Assembly: GCA_035530655.1 (NCBI GenBank)
Contig: DATKUK010000080.1
Location: 4,534 to 68,533 of the forward strand
Origin: Phycisphaerae bacterium
GTDB taxonomy: Bacteria; Planctomycetota; Phycisphaerae; UBA1845; DATKUK01
Direction: 5' to 3'
Length of the DNA stretch: 64,000 nucleotides
In this document: positions 1 through 9,415 of the stretch, piece by piece
How positions within the stretch are numbered: the stretch's first letter is position 1
Layout: every line of letters starts with the position of its first letter
Translations under genes and position numbers: made by a program
Notes under the pieces: generated by a model
The model's database searches: none
What the model saw: the letters and a program-made list of their open reading frames with translations, nothing else
What the model was told of the DNA's origin: nothing

Positions 1-221
1 GTCTTCATTGTCGTTTCCCAGCATCGTTATCTCATTAGATACGCCCGCCGTTCAGTCCTATATATCGTCACATAATCAAGACCGCTTCACAACCATAGTT
101 CACGTCGGTGTCGCGAAATGTCTCGAGGCCGCAGCGGGTTACCGTCATTGCGTAGTCGACGGCCCCAGCCAGCGCGGGCCGTTGCGGCACGGTCAACACT
201 GCGCTTCGGAACGTGGGCCCA

Positions 222-707
222 TCAGAACGGAAGGAACGGAATCTGCTTCATGCCCCATTGGCGCAGGGCAAGGACGATCTTGCCCCTGTGATGGACCTCG
301 TGGTCGGCCAGGTAGAGGACGCGGTTTCGGCCCGTCCATCGGCCCTGCCCTTCGCGTTTTTCGGGTATCAGCTCAAACGCAGCGCCCAACGGTGCGCCGT
401 CGTCGCGCTCGAAGAACTCCGTCAGGCGGTGCAGCGACGAGCGGAGCGCTTCGCCGATGGCATCCTTGTCGAAGGGGCCATAGCCGGGGTACTGCCAGCC
501 CTTTGAGTCCTGCATGCAGTGGTTCATCCACCAGTCGGGACCGTCGGCGATGTGCATGAAGAGCCAGCCAAGCGACCTGTCCTCGCCCGGCGCGGTTCGG
601 TCGAGCCAGTCGGGCGGGACTCGATCGAACAGCTTCAGTGTGGCTTCGCGCGTACGCACGAAGTGGTCCAGAATTTCCTTGTCTCCGGCGTTCATATCAT
701 GCTCCAT
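222..707 (-). CDS. DinB-family protein
   Basis: Track ORF 222..1055 trimmed to the internal ATG at 707 (MEHDMNAGDKEILDHF...). The C-terminal ADHEVHHRGK histidine motif and the length (161 aa) fit the DinB four-helix bundle. The upstream part of the track ORF runs through a hairpin repeat and the neighbouring gene. Confidence 0.7.
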   Translation of the reverse strand: MEHDMNAGDKEILDHFVRTREATLKLFDRVPPDWLDRTAPGEDRSLGWLFMHIADGPDWWMNHCMQDSKGWQYPGYGPFDKDAIGEALRSSLHRLTEFFERDDGAPLGAAFELIPEKREGQGRWTGRNRVLYLADHEVHHRGKIVLALRQWGMKQIPFLPF

Positions 708-747
708 TGGCCACGTGCTACAGGTTCGGGCAGACATCGAGTGGGTC

Positions 748-800
748 GGGCTCGCCTTTACCCCACCCTTTGCGTCTGCAAAGGATGGGGCACCCGGGCG
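748..800. repeat. Dispersed hairpin repeat, compact copy 1 (CCCCACCCTTTGC-gtct-GCAAAGGATGGGG)
   Basis: 13-bp inverted arms at 761-773 and 778-790, directly downstream of the stop of the minus-strand gene ending at 803. Near-identical copy at 1802-1852. Confidence 0.8.
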
Positions 801-802
801 TT

Positions 803-1768
803 CTATTTCCATCCCCACAGGCTCCACACCCAGAAGTCGCGGGCGAGGCGCCCGGCCTTGGCGGCCTTTTCCGTGCAGCGCTCGATCCAATCGCGCCAGT
901 TCGGGTTCTCCCATGCCTTCAGGCGCTCGGCCCAGACGAGCTCCTCGCTCAGGTCTGAACTCATAATATCGATCTGGGGGATGATTCGCTCGCGCGCGAT
1001 GTGCTCTTTGTACGAGGCGATGGCATGCTTGACCGCACGCAACTTCTCCTGCCACTCGGACGCCGTGACAGCAGCGTCGAGATAGCCGATGACATTCGTT
1101 GCCGATTCAGGCAGCCGGCCAAAGGCCCAACGTAGGTGAGTCCGCCAGGGGTAGTATCGCCCGTTCATCAGAAAACCGACATGCAGCAGATCGCGAAGCA
1201 CCTCACCCAGAAGGATGTAGGCTTCGGTGCGGCGATTTCTCCTGACGGTCATGTCGAGTTCGGTGGCGTCCTCATAAACAAGTTTCTTGAGCGTTAGGAT
1301 CAACCGCTTCTGCCACAGCCATTGGGGGCATTGGTCGGGCGCCGTCGCCTGTCTGAGTTGGTGCAGGAAGCCCTTGGGGTCGTATACGATGAGGTTCTCC
1401 TGGACCGTGAACAGGTCCTCGATGGATACCTGCTCCCAGGGCAATGTGTCTTTGCCCTCGGCAAAATCGTGCGCGTGCCCGTCGAGAAGCCACGAATGTG
1501 GGCAGACGGAGATGACGGATCCGGACGACCTGCACGGGCACGTGGCGCGAAGACGCTCATTCAGCAGCAGTTGCAGGTGCCCACCGTGCTCCCGCCACAG
1601 AGGGTCATCGAGGTAGACGGCCGCCTCCAGGTCTGAGAACTCGTCGGCCGTCCCCAGGCCTTGCGAGCCGAGCACGATGAGACTCATCTGGTCGGCCACC
1701 TTAGGGAACTTCTCGGTAATCGCCGGGACGATGGTGTCGTCAAAGTATTTCCGGATTTTGTGGCACAT
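803..1768 (-). CDS. Nucleotidyltransferase-domain protein (DUF4037-like), paralog 1
   Basis: 321 aa ORF. The N-terminal GS-x-G...D-x-E pattern (LGSQGLGTADEFSDLEAAVYL) is typical of the pol-beta-like NTase fold. A helical C-terminal domain follows. Paralog at 5897..6841. Confidence 0.65.
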   Translation of the reverse strand: MCHKIRKYFDDTIVPAITEKFPKVADQMSLIVLGSQGLGTADEFSDLEAAVYLDDPLWREHGGHLQLLLNERLRATCPCRSSGSVISVCPHSWLLDGHAHDFAEGKDTLPWEQVSIEDLFTVQENLIVYDPKGFLHQLRQATAPDQCPQWLWQKRLILTLKKLVYEDATELDMTVRRNRRTEAYILLGEVLRDLLHVGFLMNGRYYPWRTHLRWAFGRLPESATNVIGYLDAAVTASEWQEKLRAVKHAIASYKEHIARERIIPQIDIMSSDLSEELVWAERLKAWENPNWRDWIERCTEKAAKAGRLARDFWVWSLWGWK

Positions 1769-1801
1769 GTCTTATCACACTCTCCCGATGTCCGAACGGC
1801 T

Positions 1802-1852
1802 GGGCTTGCCTCTACCCCACCCTTTGCATCGGCAAAGGATGAGGCACGCGCG
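1802..1852. repeat. Dispersed hairpin repeat, compact copy 2 (CCCCACCCTTTGC-atcg-GCAAAGGATGAGG)
   Basis: Arms at 1815-1827 and 1832-1844, directly downstream of the stop of the minus-strand gene ending at 1865. Flanking bases are also shared with copy 1. Confidence 0.8.
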
Positions 1853-1864
1853 CCAGTTCATGCC

Positions 1865-2266
1865 TCAGATATCCTTTCCACACTTGGGGCAGTAGTCGAA
1901 CTCGTCAGTCACGCGGGCGCCGCAATAGGGGCAGAAGTCTCCTTCGACTCGCCGGGGTTTGGCAGCCTTGTCGGTGCTGGTCTGCTCGGGCTCGGTGTGG
2001 CCCAATGCCGTGGCGATCGGATCGGGCTCCTCGGCGCCGGTGGTAATGTCCAGGGCGCTCATGCGACGTTTCTGCGTGGCGTTGTACAGATTGTACGCCA
2101 CCCCGGCCGCAGCCACGCAGACAAAGAGGACTCCGAACGCGACGAAAAAGCCGGGCGCCCCCATCGACCTGGCTTGGAGCGTGAAGAACACACCGAACGC
2201 GAGAACCACGACCCCCCCGATAGCCCCCAGCAGCAAAGGCCCCCTGCCTGGTTTGATGCTGTACAT
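1865..2266 (-). CDS. Membrane protein with C-terminal zinc ribbon
   Basis: 133 aa. Two hydrophobic helices in the N-terminal half. C-terminal CPYCG-x13-CPKCG double CxxC motif. Confidence 0.65.
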   Translation of the reverse strand: MYSIKPGRGPLLLGAIGGVVVLAFGVFFTLQARSMGAPGFFVAFGVLFVCVAAAGVAYNLYNATQKRRMSALDITTGAEEPDPIATALGHTEPEQTSTDKAAKPRRVEGDFCPYCGARVTDEFDYCPKCGKDI

Positions 2267-2353
2267 GATGGCTCCTTGACGATGGCCTGACGTGACAGGT
2301 ACGGCGCCAAGTCCATCGAAGCGTCTCGACTCGTCAGTGGGTCGATTCCCTGT

Positions 2354-3463
2354 TCATATTGACCGCACGGCTCCATATGGATTGAGAAAATCCAGTTTCT
2401 TCAGGTACAGACCGACCAGCCACGACTTGGTCGGCGTGCGGTCACGCAATCTGCGATGGACGTCTGTCTCGACTTGCCCGTCTGGTTGCTGTTCGGCGAG
2501 CCATGAGCGCAGCCCCCTTACGAACGAGCCGACCCAGCGCTTCGCTTCACTGGAATGCGGGTACGTGTCCTGACACTGGAGAAAGGGGGGCACGGTGTCA
2601 CCGTCTGCCAGGGGGTGACTTGGCAGAGAGACACAGCGCTCTTGCTTGCCGATACACCAGAGCAGGCGTTCCAGGAAGCGGAAGGCCTTTGGCGCGCAGA
2701 GCCAGGAATCATGAATGAAACTTCGAAACCATGGCCAGTCCGGGCAGATTTCCGACAGCCGGTTTTCCATGTGCTCGACCTGTGGCACGTGAAGCTCTGC
2801 AAAGTACGGATCGCGGTAGTCCGGGTTACCGTAATGACCGTAACCATTTCCCGTGCAGTGGGCGTCGCCCAGAAACTGGTCGCGACAGTAGACATCACGG
2901 GCATCGTCGTCCCAAACGAGGCTCTTGAGCCACCAGCGTTGCCGATGCAGTGTCCTGCGAACCAGAAGCTCCTTCAGTTCCGAACGACGTCCGAGCACAT
3001 CCCAGAGCGCTGTGCATACCTGCCCCCAGTCCGGGCGGGGATGGTTCCCGCGCCCGCAAAGCTCAGCAGCTGCCTGGTCGGGAGTTGCTCCTGCCAGCCA
3101 TGCGTCGAGGCAGAAGATGTAATCCTGCATGCGCTCCTTCCGCTGGCGATTGGCCGTGTAGCAGCCGTGCACGAATGTTGGAGGAGCCTGCCTGCCCACA
3201 GCGTCGAGCACCTCCAGATAGGACTGCGGGAAAGCGCCGTGAGGGCAGAAAGGGGTGAAGTTGATCGACCTTTCCACGATAGCCCTTGCCCACGCCGGGA
3301 CGCCCGACAGCGACCGCTCCTGGGCTACGAGTTGCTGCAACGCATCGTCCGTCCGCAAGTCGGGGCAGCCATCCCAGCCCTGGTCATAGGGGGTGTACGT
3401 CCAGCATCGACTGGAGATGCTGCTCTCGTAGACGGCCTTGGACCAGTCGCCGGCATGTCCCAT
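2354..3463 (-). CDS. Hypothetical protein (Trp/Cys/His-rich, no domain recognised)
   Basis: 369 aa ORF starting at an ATG preceded by AAGGA. Non-repetitive composition, in contrast to the overlapping Arg/Pro-rich alternative frames. Confidence 0.5.
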   Translation of the reverse strand: MGHAGDWSKAVYESSISSRCWTYTPYDQGWDGCPDLRTDDALQQLVAQERSLSGVPAWARAIVERSINFTPFCPHGAFPQSYLEVLDAVGRQAPPTFVHGCYTANRQRKERMQDYIFCLDAWLAGATPDQAAAELCGRGNHPRPDWGQVCTALWDVLGRRSELKELLVRRTLHRQRWWLKSLVWDDDARDVYCRDQFLGDAHCTGNGYGHYGNPDYRDPYFAELHVPQVEHMENRLSEICPDWPWFRSFIHDSWLCAPKAFRFLERLLWCIGKQERCVSLPSHPLADGDTVPPFLQCQDTYPHSSEAKRWVGSFVRGLRSWLAEQQPDGQVETDVHRRLRDRTPTKSWLVGLYLKKLDFLNPYGAVRSI

Positions 3464-3479
3464 GTCTGTCGTCCTTTGC

Positions 3480-4292
3480 CTAGCGGTCTGCCTTGTGCGC
3501 CCGTGTGGCTATGAACGTGGCCATGTATTGGCCCAAGAGATCGTGATCCTTCGGCTGGCAGCGATCTTCGTAGAAGCCGACGATGACGAACCCCGCGTCG
3601 ATCTGCCCGCCGATCAGATCCTGTAGTGTGTGGCCAAACTCCAGAGGGACGCCGCGTTCTGCGAGTCGGGCCAGCTCGTCGCGCGACAGCTCGTCGGCCT
3701 GCGAGTAGGGCAGGGCATGGGCCACGCGCAGCTCGCCCTGCTCGTAGGCGGCTTCGTCAAAGACGTGCACCACGGGATTGTCGAACCCCGCCAGCAGCGA
3801 GCCGGCCGGCCGCAGCACGCGGTAGGCCTCCTGCCAGACGGGTCGGACCTGGGGCACGAACGTATTGGAGACCGGGTGCACGATCAGGTCGAACGTCGCG
3901 TCGCCGAAGGCTGACAGATCGCGCATGTCGCCCTCGACCGTTCGCAGCGTGAGGCCTTCGCTCTCGGCTGCCGAGCGATCCTGTTCGAGTTGGCGCGGCG
4001 AGTTGTCGAGCACCGTCACGTCGGCCCCGGCGGCTGCCAGGATCGGGCCTTGCTGCCCGCCGCCCGAGGCCAGACACAGCACGCTCGCCCCGGTGAGCTT
4101 GCCGAACCACTCTGTGGGCACGGGCCTGGTGGGCGTGAGAAAGATGTCCCACTGCCCCGCTCTGGCGGCGGCGACCTGTTCGGCCGACACGGGAATGGTC
4201 CAGCGGTTTCGCTGCTCGACCTGCCGGTCCCATGCCTGGCGGTTATATTCTCGTACGTCCATGGTTCCCATCCCGATGTGCGGCACGGTCAT
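3480..4292 (-). CDS. Class I SAM-dependent methyltransferase
   Basis: Motif [29 protein letters not shown]. Start set at the ATG at 4292, which forms an ATGA overlap with the stop of the upstream gene (4289-4291). Ends in TAG. Confidence 0.8.
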   Translation of the reverse strand: MTVPHIGMGTMDVREYNRQAWDRQVEQRNRWTIPVSAEQVAAARAGQWDIFLTPTRPVPTEWFGKLTGASVLCLASGGGQQGPILAAAGADVTVLDNSPRQLEQDRSAAESEGLTLRTVEGDMRDLSAFGDATFDLIVHPVSNTFVPQVRPVWQEAYRVLRPAGSLLAGFDNPVVHVFDEAAYEQGELRVAHALPYSQADELSRDELARLAERGVPLEFGHTLQDLIGGQIDAGFVIVGFYEDRCQPKDHDLLGQYMATFIATRAHKADR

Positions 4293-4942
4293 GGCAACGG
4301 GCGATCGCTGAACCACACGTCATTAGCTGTGCGACATAGAAGCAAGTCCTTGATGCGGAACTGCATAGTGAACACCTCTTCAGAGCTGGTCGGACGTAGT
4401 ATCACAGCCGCATCCGGCAGATCACAATAGGATGATGGCGTCGCAATCGCGATGCAATCGGCATCGAGCGGGAGCTGACCGGAATCTGCTGCGGCCAGCG
4501 CGATCTCGATACAGACCCTCGGCCCATCGCCAAAGAATTCGTTGAGGGCGTGGGACATGATGCGCACGAGATCCTCTGAGCGCGGAGGCGGTTCGTCTCC
4601 ACGACAGAATCGCCTGGCGTAGGCCCTGGCGACGGTCTTGTGTTGGGTCAGAGCCGCCTCGCACTTTGGCTCGCCCTGAAACAATGTTTGGTCACAAAGC
4701 ACCACGGATATACCCCGGCGCTCAAGTTCGGCCTTCTTTTCTGGACTGATCCCGTCGTGGAGGGAAATCTCCCTTTCGTGAGAGCTGACGGGATTACCGA
4801 CCGCAAAGAATTCGTATGCGGGACCGAATTCCTTCTGCGCCGCCGTTACCGAGGCGCCCGTGTTGGTGGCGACGACCACGTTCCGAACGCTGAACATCTG
4901 TGCCCGTTCGCGGGCGCGCTTCATTATGTCTGTCTTGAACAT
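4289..4942 (-). CDS. Pyruvate kinase alpha/beta (PK_C-like) domain protein
   Basis: Track ORF trimmed to [12 protein letters not shown] at 4942. [11 protein letters not shown] and [16 protein letters not shown]...IAIA segments resemble stand-alone PK C-terminal-domain proteins. Confidence 0.55.
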   Translation of the reverse strand: MFKTDIMKRARERAQMFSVRNVVVATNTGASVTAAQKEFGPAYEFFAVGNPVSSHEREISLHDGISPEKKAELERRGISVVLCDQTLFQGEPKCEAALTQHKTVARAYARRFCRGDEPPPRSEDLVRIMSHALNEFFGDGPRVCIEIALAAADSGQLPLDADCIAIATPSSYCDLPDAAVILRPTSSEEVFTMQFRIKDLLLCRTANDVWFSDRPLP

Positions 4943-5022
4943 GGTGTCCTCCGGTGGTGCAAAGATGGGCACCAGCCGCGGGGTCTGGAACATCCCTTGG
5001 GTGCCATGGTTCGGCGCGCCAT

Positions 5023-5325
5023 TCAGTCGTCGCTCTGCGTGTATCCCTCCACAATCACTGAGCGGAAGTCGGCCCCCGCGTCGTGCAGGTGGACTGTTTC
5101 TTGGTACTCCGGCGACGAGAAGCAGCGGGTGATGTGTTCTGGGGACGGGAACTCCAGAACGATCATCCGCTCGGGCGTCCACCCGCCCGTCACGGGCGTG
5201 ACCCGGCCGCCTCGCACGAGATAACGGCCGCCGTACCGCGATATGATCGCAGGCACCTGCGCGATGTACTGGGCGTATGCTTCGGCGTCTTTTGTTTTGC
5301 TTTCGGCGATCATGTAGACAGGCAT
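5023..5325 (-). CDS. DUF1330 domain protein
   Basis: 100 aa, MPVYMIAE...GGRYLVRGG...MIVLEFPSPE...SPEYQ pattern characteristic of DUF1330. Confidence 0.75.
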   Translation of the reverse strand: MPVYMIAESKTKDAEAYAQYIAQVPAIISRYGGRYLVRGGRVTPVTGGWTPERMIVLEFPSPEHITRCFSSPEYQETVHLHDAGADFRSVIVEGYTQSDD

Positions 5326-5424
5326 CGGGTCTTGTGCTCCCGCAGGTTCGACTGAAAGTTCAACAGCGCATAGCCATGGGCGCGCATGCGCGGGAGATAA
5401 GCTGACACCCCAGCTCGTCGCGAC

Positions 5425-5781
5425 TCAGTCGGCATTATGCGACAAGGACTGCGGCAGGGCAAACGTGCCGTCAGGGCCTGGTTCAAATCTGCAAACCGTG
5501 GCCACGGCATCGAGGTTCAGGGGCCCGTAGACATGGGGGAAGAGCTTTTCACCGCCTTCAAGGTTCTCGTAGCGGATCTGAGGGACGACCTTGTCGGGAT
5601 CGATGCACAGCAGAACCAGGTCGGTCTGATTCCGGAACAAGAAGTTGGCCACGGCGACGACCTGGTCGGGCTTGGAGCAGTGGATGAAGCCCTGCGAGCG
5701 CAGTGTTTCGGCTTCATACCGGCCAGCCTTCTGTGCCTCCTCCCATTGGGATCGCTTCGTGATGTGCAGAATGATGCTCAT
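5425..5781 (-). CDS. DUF952 domain protein
   Basis: Trimmed to MSIILHITKRSQWEEA at 5781. GFIHCS and FPHVYGPLN motifs are typical of DUF952. Confidence 0.75.
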   Translation of the reverse strand: MSIILHITKRSQWEEAQKAGRYEAETLRSQGFIHCSKPDQVVAVANFLFRNQTDLVLLCIDPDKVVPQIRYENLEGGEKLFPHVYGPLNLDAVATVCRFEPGPDGTFALPQSLSHNAD

Positions 5782-5896
5782 GTGTGATGGCCTCGCTGCG
5801 GTTCTCGCGGGCTTTTTCGGCAGGTCCCAGAGCACGGGACCACGGTCGGCTGACGCCTTGCCCCGGCGCGGTGGGGCACCCGCGCTCCACGCCGCG

Positions 5897-6841
5897 CTAC
5901 TCTGGCGCAGGGCCGAGCCTGCCCAGTAGCAGGTCGTCGATGTTCTTAAAGTCGGCCTTCAGCCAGTCCGGCGGAACGCCTATCTCGGCCATTTTTGCGA
6001 AGAACGCGGCCTCAAATTGCTGACATTCCTGGCAGCCCTGGGAATCGTTGAACATGGCGAAGGCGCGGGCGACCCGGTCGCAGAAACTGTCCGTGTGTGC
6101 GGCTCTGCCGAGAACGAGATCGACGCCGCGCTGGAACATCGGCTTGAACTGCCGACCAAGCGTCGTCGAGTCGACCATCGCCATCAGCTTCCCCGCGTAT
6201 GGCAGCGGCTTGCCGTCCAGCAGGAAGCAGAGCTTCAACAGCTCGGTCACCGTGTTCAGGATGGCCGTCGACGCAGCCAGGGCACTGTCGTCGCTCGTGT
6301 CGTGCAGCGGCGTGACGCAGATAGACCAGTAACCCGCCAGCAGCCAGTGATACTTGACCTTCTTTACGAGCACGTCATGGGGGTAGCCGTCGAACGTCGA
6401 ACGTATCCGCTGGAATTGCCGGTCGGGATCGACGATCACCCGGGCGTTCAGCCACACCCAGAGCCATGGATCGGTGCAGGTGGCGATGTGGCGGTGCACA
6501 TCTGCCAGGCTCGTGACCGAGAAGTGCGGGCGTCCCCTGCTCGCGCCGAAGTACGCCTCCCACCCACACTCGGGTGCTGTTACGACCCCGAAGCTGTCGG
6601 GGCTCTCGATGATGCCGGCTGCGAGCGACTCACGGTGCACCGCTCGGTACACCGCGTCGGGACAGAGCACGTCTATGTCCACGTCGGAGGCGTCGGCATG
6701 GACCCCTCGGGCACGGCTGCCGGTCAGCAGCACCGTAAAGCATGCGCGAGGGTCGTCGACCCCGGGCAGCGTGTAGATCTGCTGCTCGACGTAGCGCATG
6801 AACGCGTCTTTGTCGATGCCTGTGGTCTTCCAGTCAGTCAC
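5897..6841 (-). CDS. Nucleotidyltransferase-domain protein (DUF4037-like), paralog 2
   Basis: 314 aa. NTase signature LLTGSRARGVHADASDVDIDVL followed by a helical domain. Same architecture as 803..1768. Confidence 0.7.
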   Translation of the reverse strand: MTDWKTTGIDKDAFMRYVEQQIYTLPGVDDPRACFTVLLTGSRARGVHADASDVDIDVLCPDAVYRAVHRESLAAGIIESPDSFGVVTAPECGWEAYFGASRGRPHFSVTSLADVHRHIATCTDPWLWVWLNARVIVDPDRQFQRIRSTFDGYPHDVLVKKVKYHWLLAGYWSICVTPLHDTSDDSALAASTAILNTVTELLKLCFLLDGKPLPYAGKLMAMVDSTTLGRQFKPMFQRGVDLVLGRAAHTDSFCDRVARAFAMFNDSQGCQECQQFEAAFFAKMAEIGVPPDWLKADFKNIDDLLLGRLGPAPE

Positions 6842-6899
6842 GGGTTTACGCCCCCGAGCAAGTGCCTATTGATTTTGGCTCGCATGCTACCCCCTTTGC

Positions 6900-9173
6900 T
6901 CAAAGCAGCGCCACGGGGTCGACGTCGATGGCGATTCCGCGGACGCGGGGCCTGAGCAAGTTCTCGTCGCGAAGGGCGGCCAGCAACGTCTGCATCGCCG
7001 GCGCCGACGGGGCCAGCAGCAGCACGTCGAAGCGATACTGGTTTCGCAGCCGTTCGATCGGGCTGGTCTGCGGGCCGATGCACTGAACTTTCGAGTCGGT
7101 TCGCTCGATCACCCCGCGAACGTTCTGGGCAACCAGGCCGGCCTGCTCGCGGCAGCGAGACTGACGCGCGTCGGACAAGGTGATGCGCGTCAGCCGTCCC
7201 CACGGCGGCAGCATGACCTTGCGACGCAGCAGAAGCTCCTCGCGGGCGAATCGGGGGTAGTCCTGCCGCATGGCGGCCTGCACCGACGGCTGATCGCAGT
7301 TGAGGCTCTGCACGATCACCTCACCCGGCACGTCGCCCCGCCCGGCGCGGCCGGCCACCTGCGTGATGAGCTGAAACGTCCGCTCGGCTGCACGAAAGTC
7401 GGGGATCGCCAGCGCCGTGTCGGCATTGACCACACCCACGAGCGAGACGAACGGAAAGTCGAGTCCTTTGGCGATCATCTGCGTGCCGATGATGACGTGG
7501 ATGCGATTGGCCTCGAAGTCGCCGATGATCTGCTGATATTGCGTCAATCGCTGCATGGTGTCGCTGTCGACGCGGGCGATGCGGGCCTGCGGGAACTTGC
7601 TCGCAAACTCCTCCTCGACGCGCTGCGTGCCCATGCCGAAACGGACCAGCTTGTGTCGGCCGCGACAGTGCGGACAATGCGCGGGCACGGCGAAATGGGC
7701 CGAGCAATGATGACACTGCGCCTGGCCGGTCGTCTTGTGGAACGTCATGTTCACCTTGCACTGCGGGCAGGTGATCACCGCCTGACAGCTCGGGCAGAAC
7801 AGGTAGTTGGCGTAGCCGCGACGGTTCAGCAGCAGAATCACCTGCTGGTTGGCGTCGAGCGCCCGGGCGATCTGCGCCTCGAGCTGGCGCGACAGCAGGT
7901 GGATGCCCTTGCGTGCAGCCGACTCGACCCGCATGTCGACCAGCGTGACGTGCGGCAGCGGCAGGTCGCGGACCCGCTGCGGCAGGGCGATGCATTCGTA
8001 GTGGTCGGCCCGCTCGGCGTTCAGCCACGTCTCGAGGCTGGGCGTGGCCGATCCGAGGATCACCGGCACCGACTCGAGCTGGCCGCGCTTCAGGGCCACG
8101 TCGCGCGTGTGATAGCGCGGCACCTGAATGTTCTTGTAGCTGGGCTCCTGCTCTTCGTCGACGACGATCAGGCCGAGGTTTTTGCACGGGGCGAAGACGG
8201 CGCTTCGCGTGCCGATCACCAGGCCGATCTGCCCGGCGGCGATCTGTCGCCAACTGGCGGCCCGCTGTGTGGATGTGAGTCCGCTGTGCAGCAGACAGAC
8301 GCGCTCGAACCGTTTGGCGAGCCGGTAGACGGTCTGGGTGGTCAGGGCGATCTCGGGCACGAGTAGGACGGCCTGTTTGCCGGTGGCCAGCACCGTGCGA
8401 ATGGCGTGGACGTACACCTCGGTCTTGCCGCTGCCGGTCACACCGAACAGCAGCAGGGCGCGAAACGCACCCGAGGCGATTACCGCGCGGGCCCGCTCGA
8501 CCGCCCGGGTCTGATCGGCGTTAAGCTGGAAGTCGGGATCGACGATTCGCCCGACGTCGGGCAATGTCTCGGTCGGCTCGCTGCGCTCGAACAGCTCGAT
8601 CAGCCCGCGCTGGGCGGCGGTGCGGATGGGGGCGTCGGTGCAGTCGGCCTGCCGGCGAAGCTCGTCGACGGGCAGGGGCGCTGCCGCCCGTTGGAGCACC
8701 TCGACGATTCGTTGCTGTTTCGGTCCGCGCTTGCGTTCCGACGTGTCCGGCTGCGCGTCGGGTAGCCGTGCATAGCGGCGCCGCACGATTCCCGCACGCT
8801 GTTTGACCGGCGCGGGTACCATCGCCTCCAGCGCCAGGCCCGTCGAGCAGCAGTAGTAGCGGCCGATCCACTGCCCCAATTGCAGCAGCGCCGGCGACAG
8901 CAGCGGCTCATCGTCGAGCACGGCCTGGATCGGCCTCAGGCGCGTCGACCACTCGCCCTCGTTCACGTCGATGCAGAAGCCGACCGTGCGCCGCGCCTTG
9001 GCGCCGACGGGCACCTCAACCCGCACGCCCGGCCGAACGCGCGGCGCCAACTCCGGCGTCACGGTGTAGCTGTAGAGGCGATCCACCGGCACGGCCAGCG
9101 CCACGCCTGCGATGGGTCCGCGGCGAGGCCGTTGCTCGTCGGGTATGAACAGTTCGTCCTGGGGTGTGGCCAT
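6900..9173 (-). CDS. priA: Primosomal protein N' (replication restart helicase PriA)
   Basis: 757 aa. Walker A GVTGSGKTEVY, DEEQ box (VVDEEQEPSYK), and Cys-rich zinc-binding insert CPSCQ...CPQCK...CHHC...CPHC. Confidence 0.95.
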   Translation of the reverse strand: MATPQDELFIPDEQRPRRGPIAGVALAVPVDRLYSYTVTPELAPRVRPGVRVEVPVGAKARRTVGFCIDVNEGEWSTRLRPIQAVLDDEPLLSPALLQLGQWIGRYYCCSTGLALEAMVPAPVKQRAGIVRRRYARLPDAQPDTSERKRGPKQQRIVEVLQRAAAPLPVDELRRQADCTDAPIRTAAQRGLIELFERSEPTETLPDVGRIVDPDFQLNADQTRAVERARAVIASGAFRALLLFGVTGSGKTEVYVHAIRTVLATGKQAVLLVPEIALTTQTVYRLAKRFERVCLLHSGLTSTQRAASWRQIAAGQIGLVIGTRSAVFAPCKNLGLIVVDEEQEPSYKNIQVPRYHTRDVALKRGQLESVPVILGSATPSLETWLNAERADHYECIALPQRVRDLPLPHVTLVDMRVESAARKGIHLLSRQLEAQIARALDANQQVILLLNRRGYANYLFCPSCQAVITCPQCKVNMTFHKTTGQAQCHHCSAHFAVPAHCPHCRGRHKLVRFGMGTQRVEEEFASKFPQARIARVDSDTMQRLTQYQQIIGDFEANRIHVIIGTQMIAKGLDFPFVSLVGVVNADTALAIPDFRAAERTFQLITQVAGRAGRGDVPGEVIVQSLNCDQPSVQAAMRQDYPRFAREELLLRRKVMLPPWGRLTRITLSDARQSRCREQAGLVAQNVRGVIERTDSKVQCIGPQTSPIERLRNQYRFDVLLLAPSAPAMQTLLAALRDENLLRPRVRGIAIDVDPVALL

Positions 9174-9415
9174 GATGGCGTCAGTCCCTATTGTCCGGCT
9201 GGGCCTGGTTGATCTTCACGTCGTCCTCATTGCGGCCACGACTGGCGTTGAGGTGGCAGGCGGTCGCCACGGTCGGTTCGTGCAGGTCGCTGACATTGCC
9301 GACGCTTTGGTCGGGAAGAAACAAACCCAGCGACTTGCGCATGGTGTTGCTCCGAACGTGCGAAGCGATTATAGGAAACACCCCTGTGTCCGGCAACGAA
9401 GGGAGGTCGCGCCGC

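Noticed and set aside
8-559. 183-aa plus-strand ORF at the window start, and a roughly 44-codon minus-strand frame ending near position 70
   Set aside because: The plus ORF is Arg/Gly/Pro-rich and antisense to the DinB gene. The short minus frame (..LTVPQRPALAGAVDYAMTVTRCGLETFRDTDVNYGCEAVLIM) is too short and motif-less to support.
7321-8366. Two roughly 300-aa ORFs (7321..8253 minus, 7497..8366 plus) inside priA
   Set aside because: These are alternative or antisense frames of a gene with complete PriA motifs, and their translations are Arg/Ala/Pro-rich.
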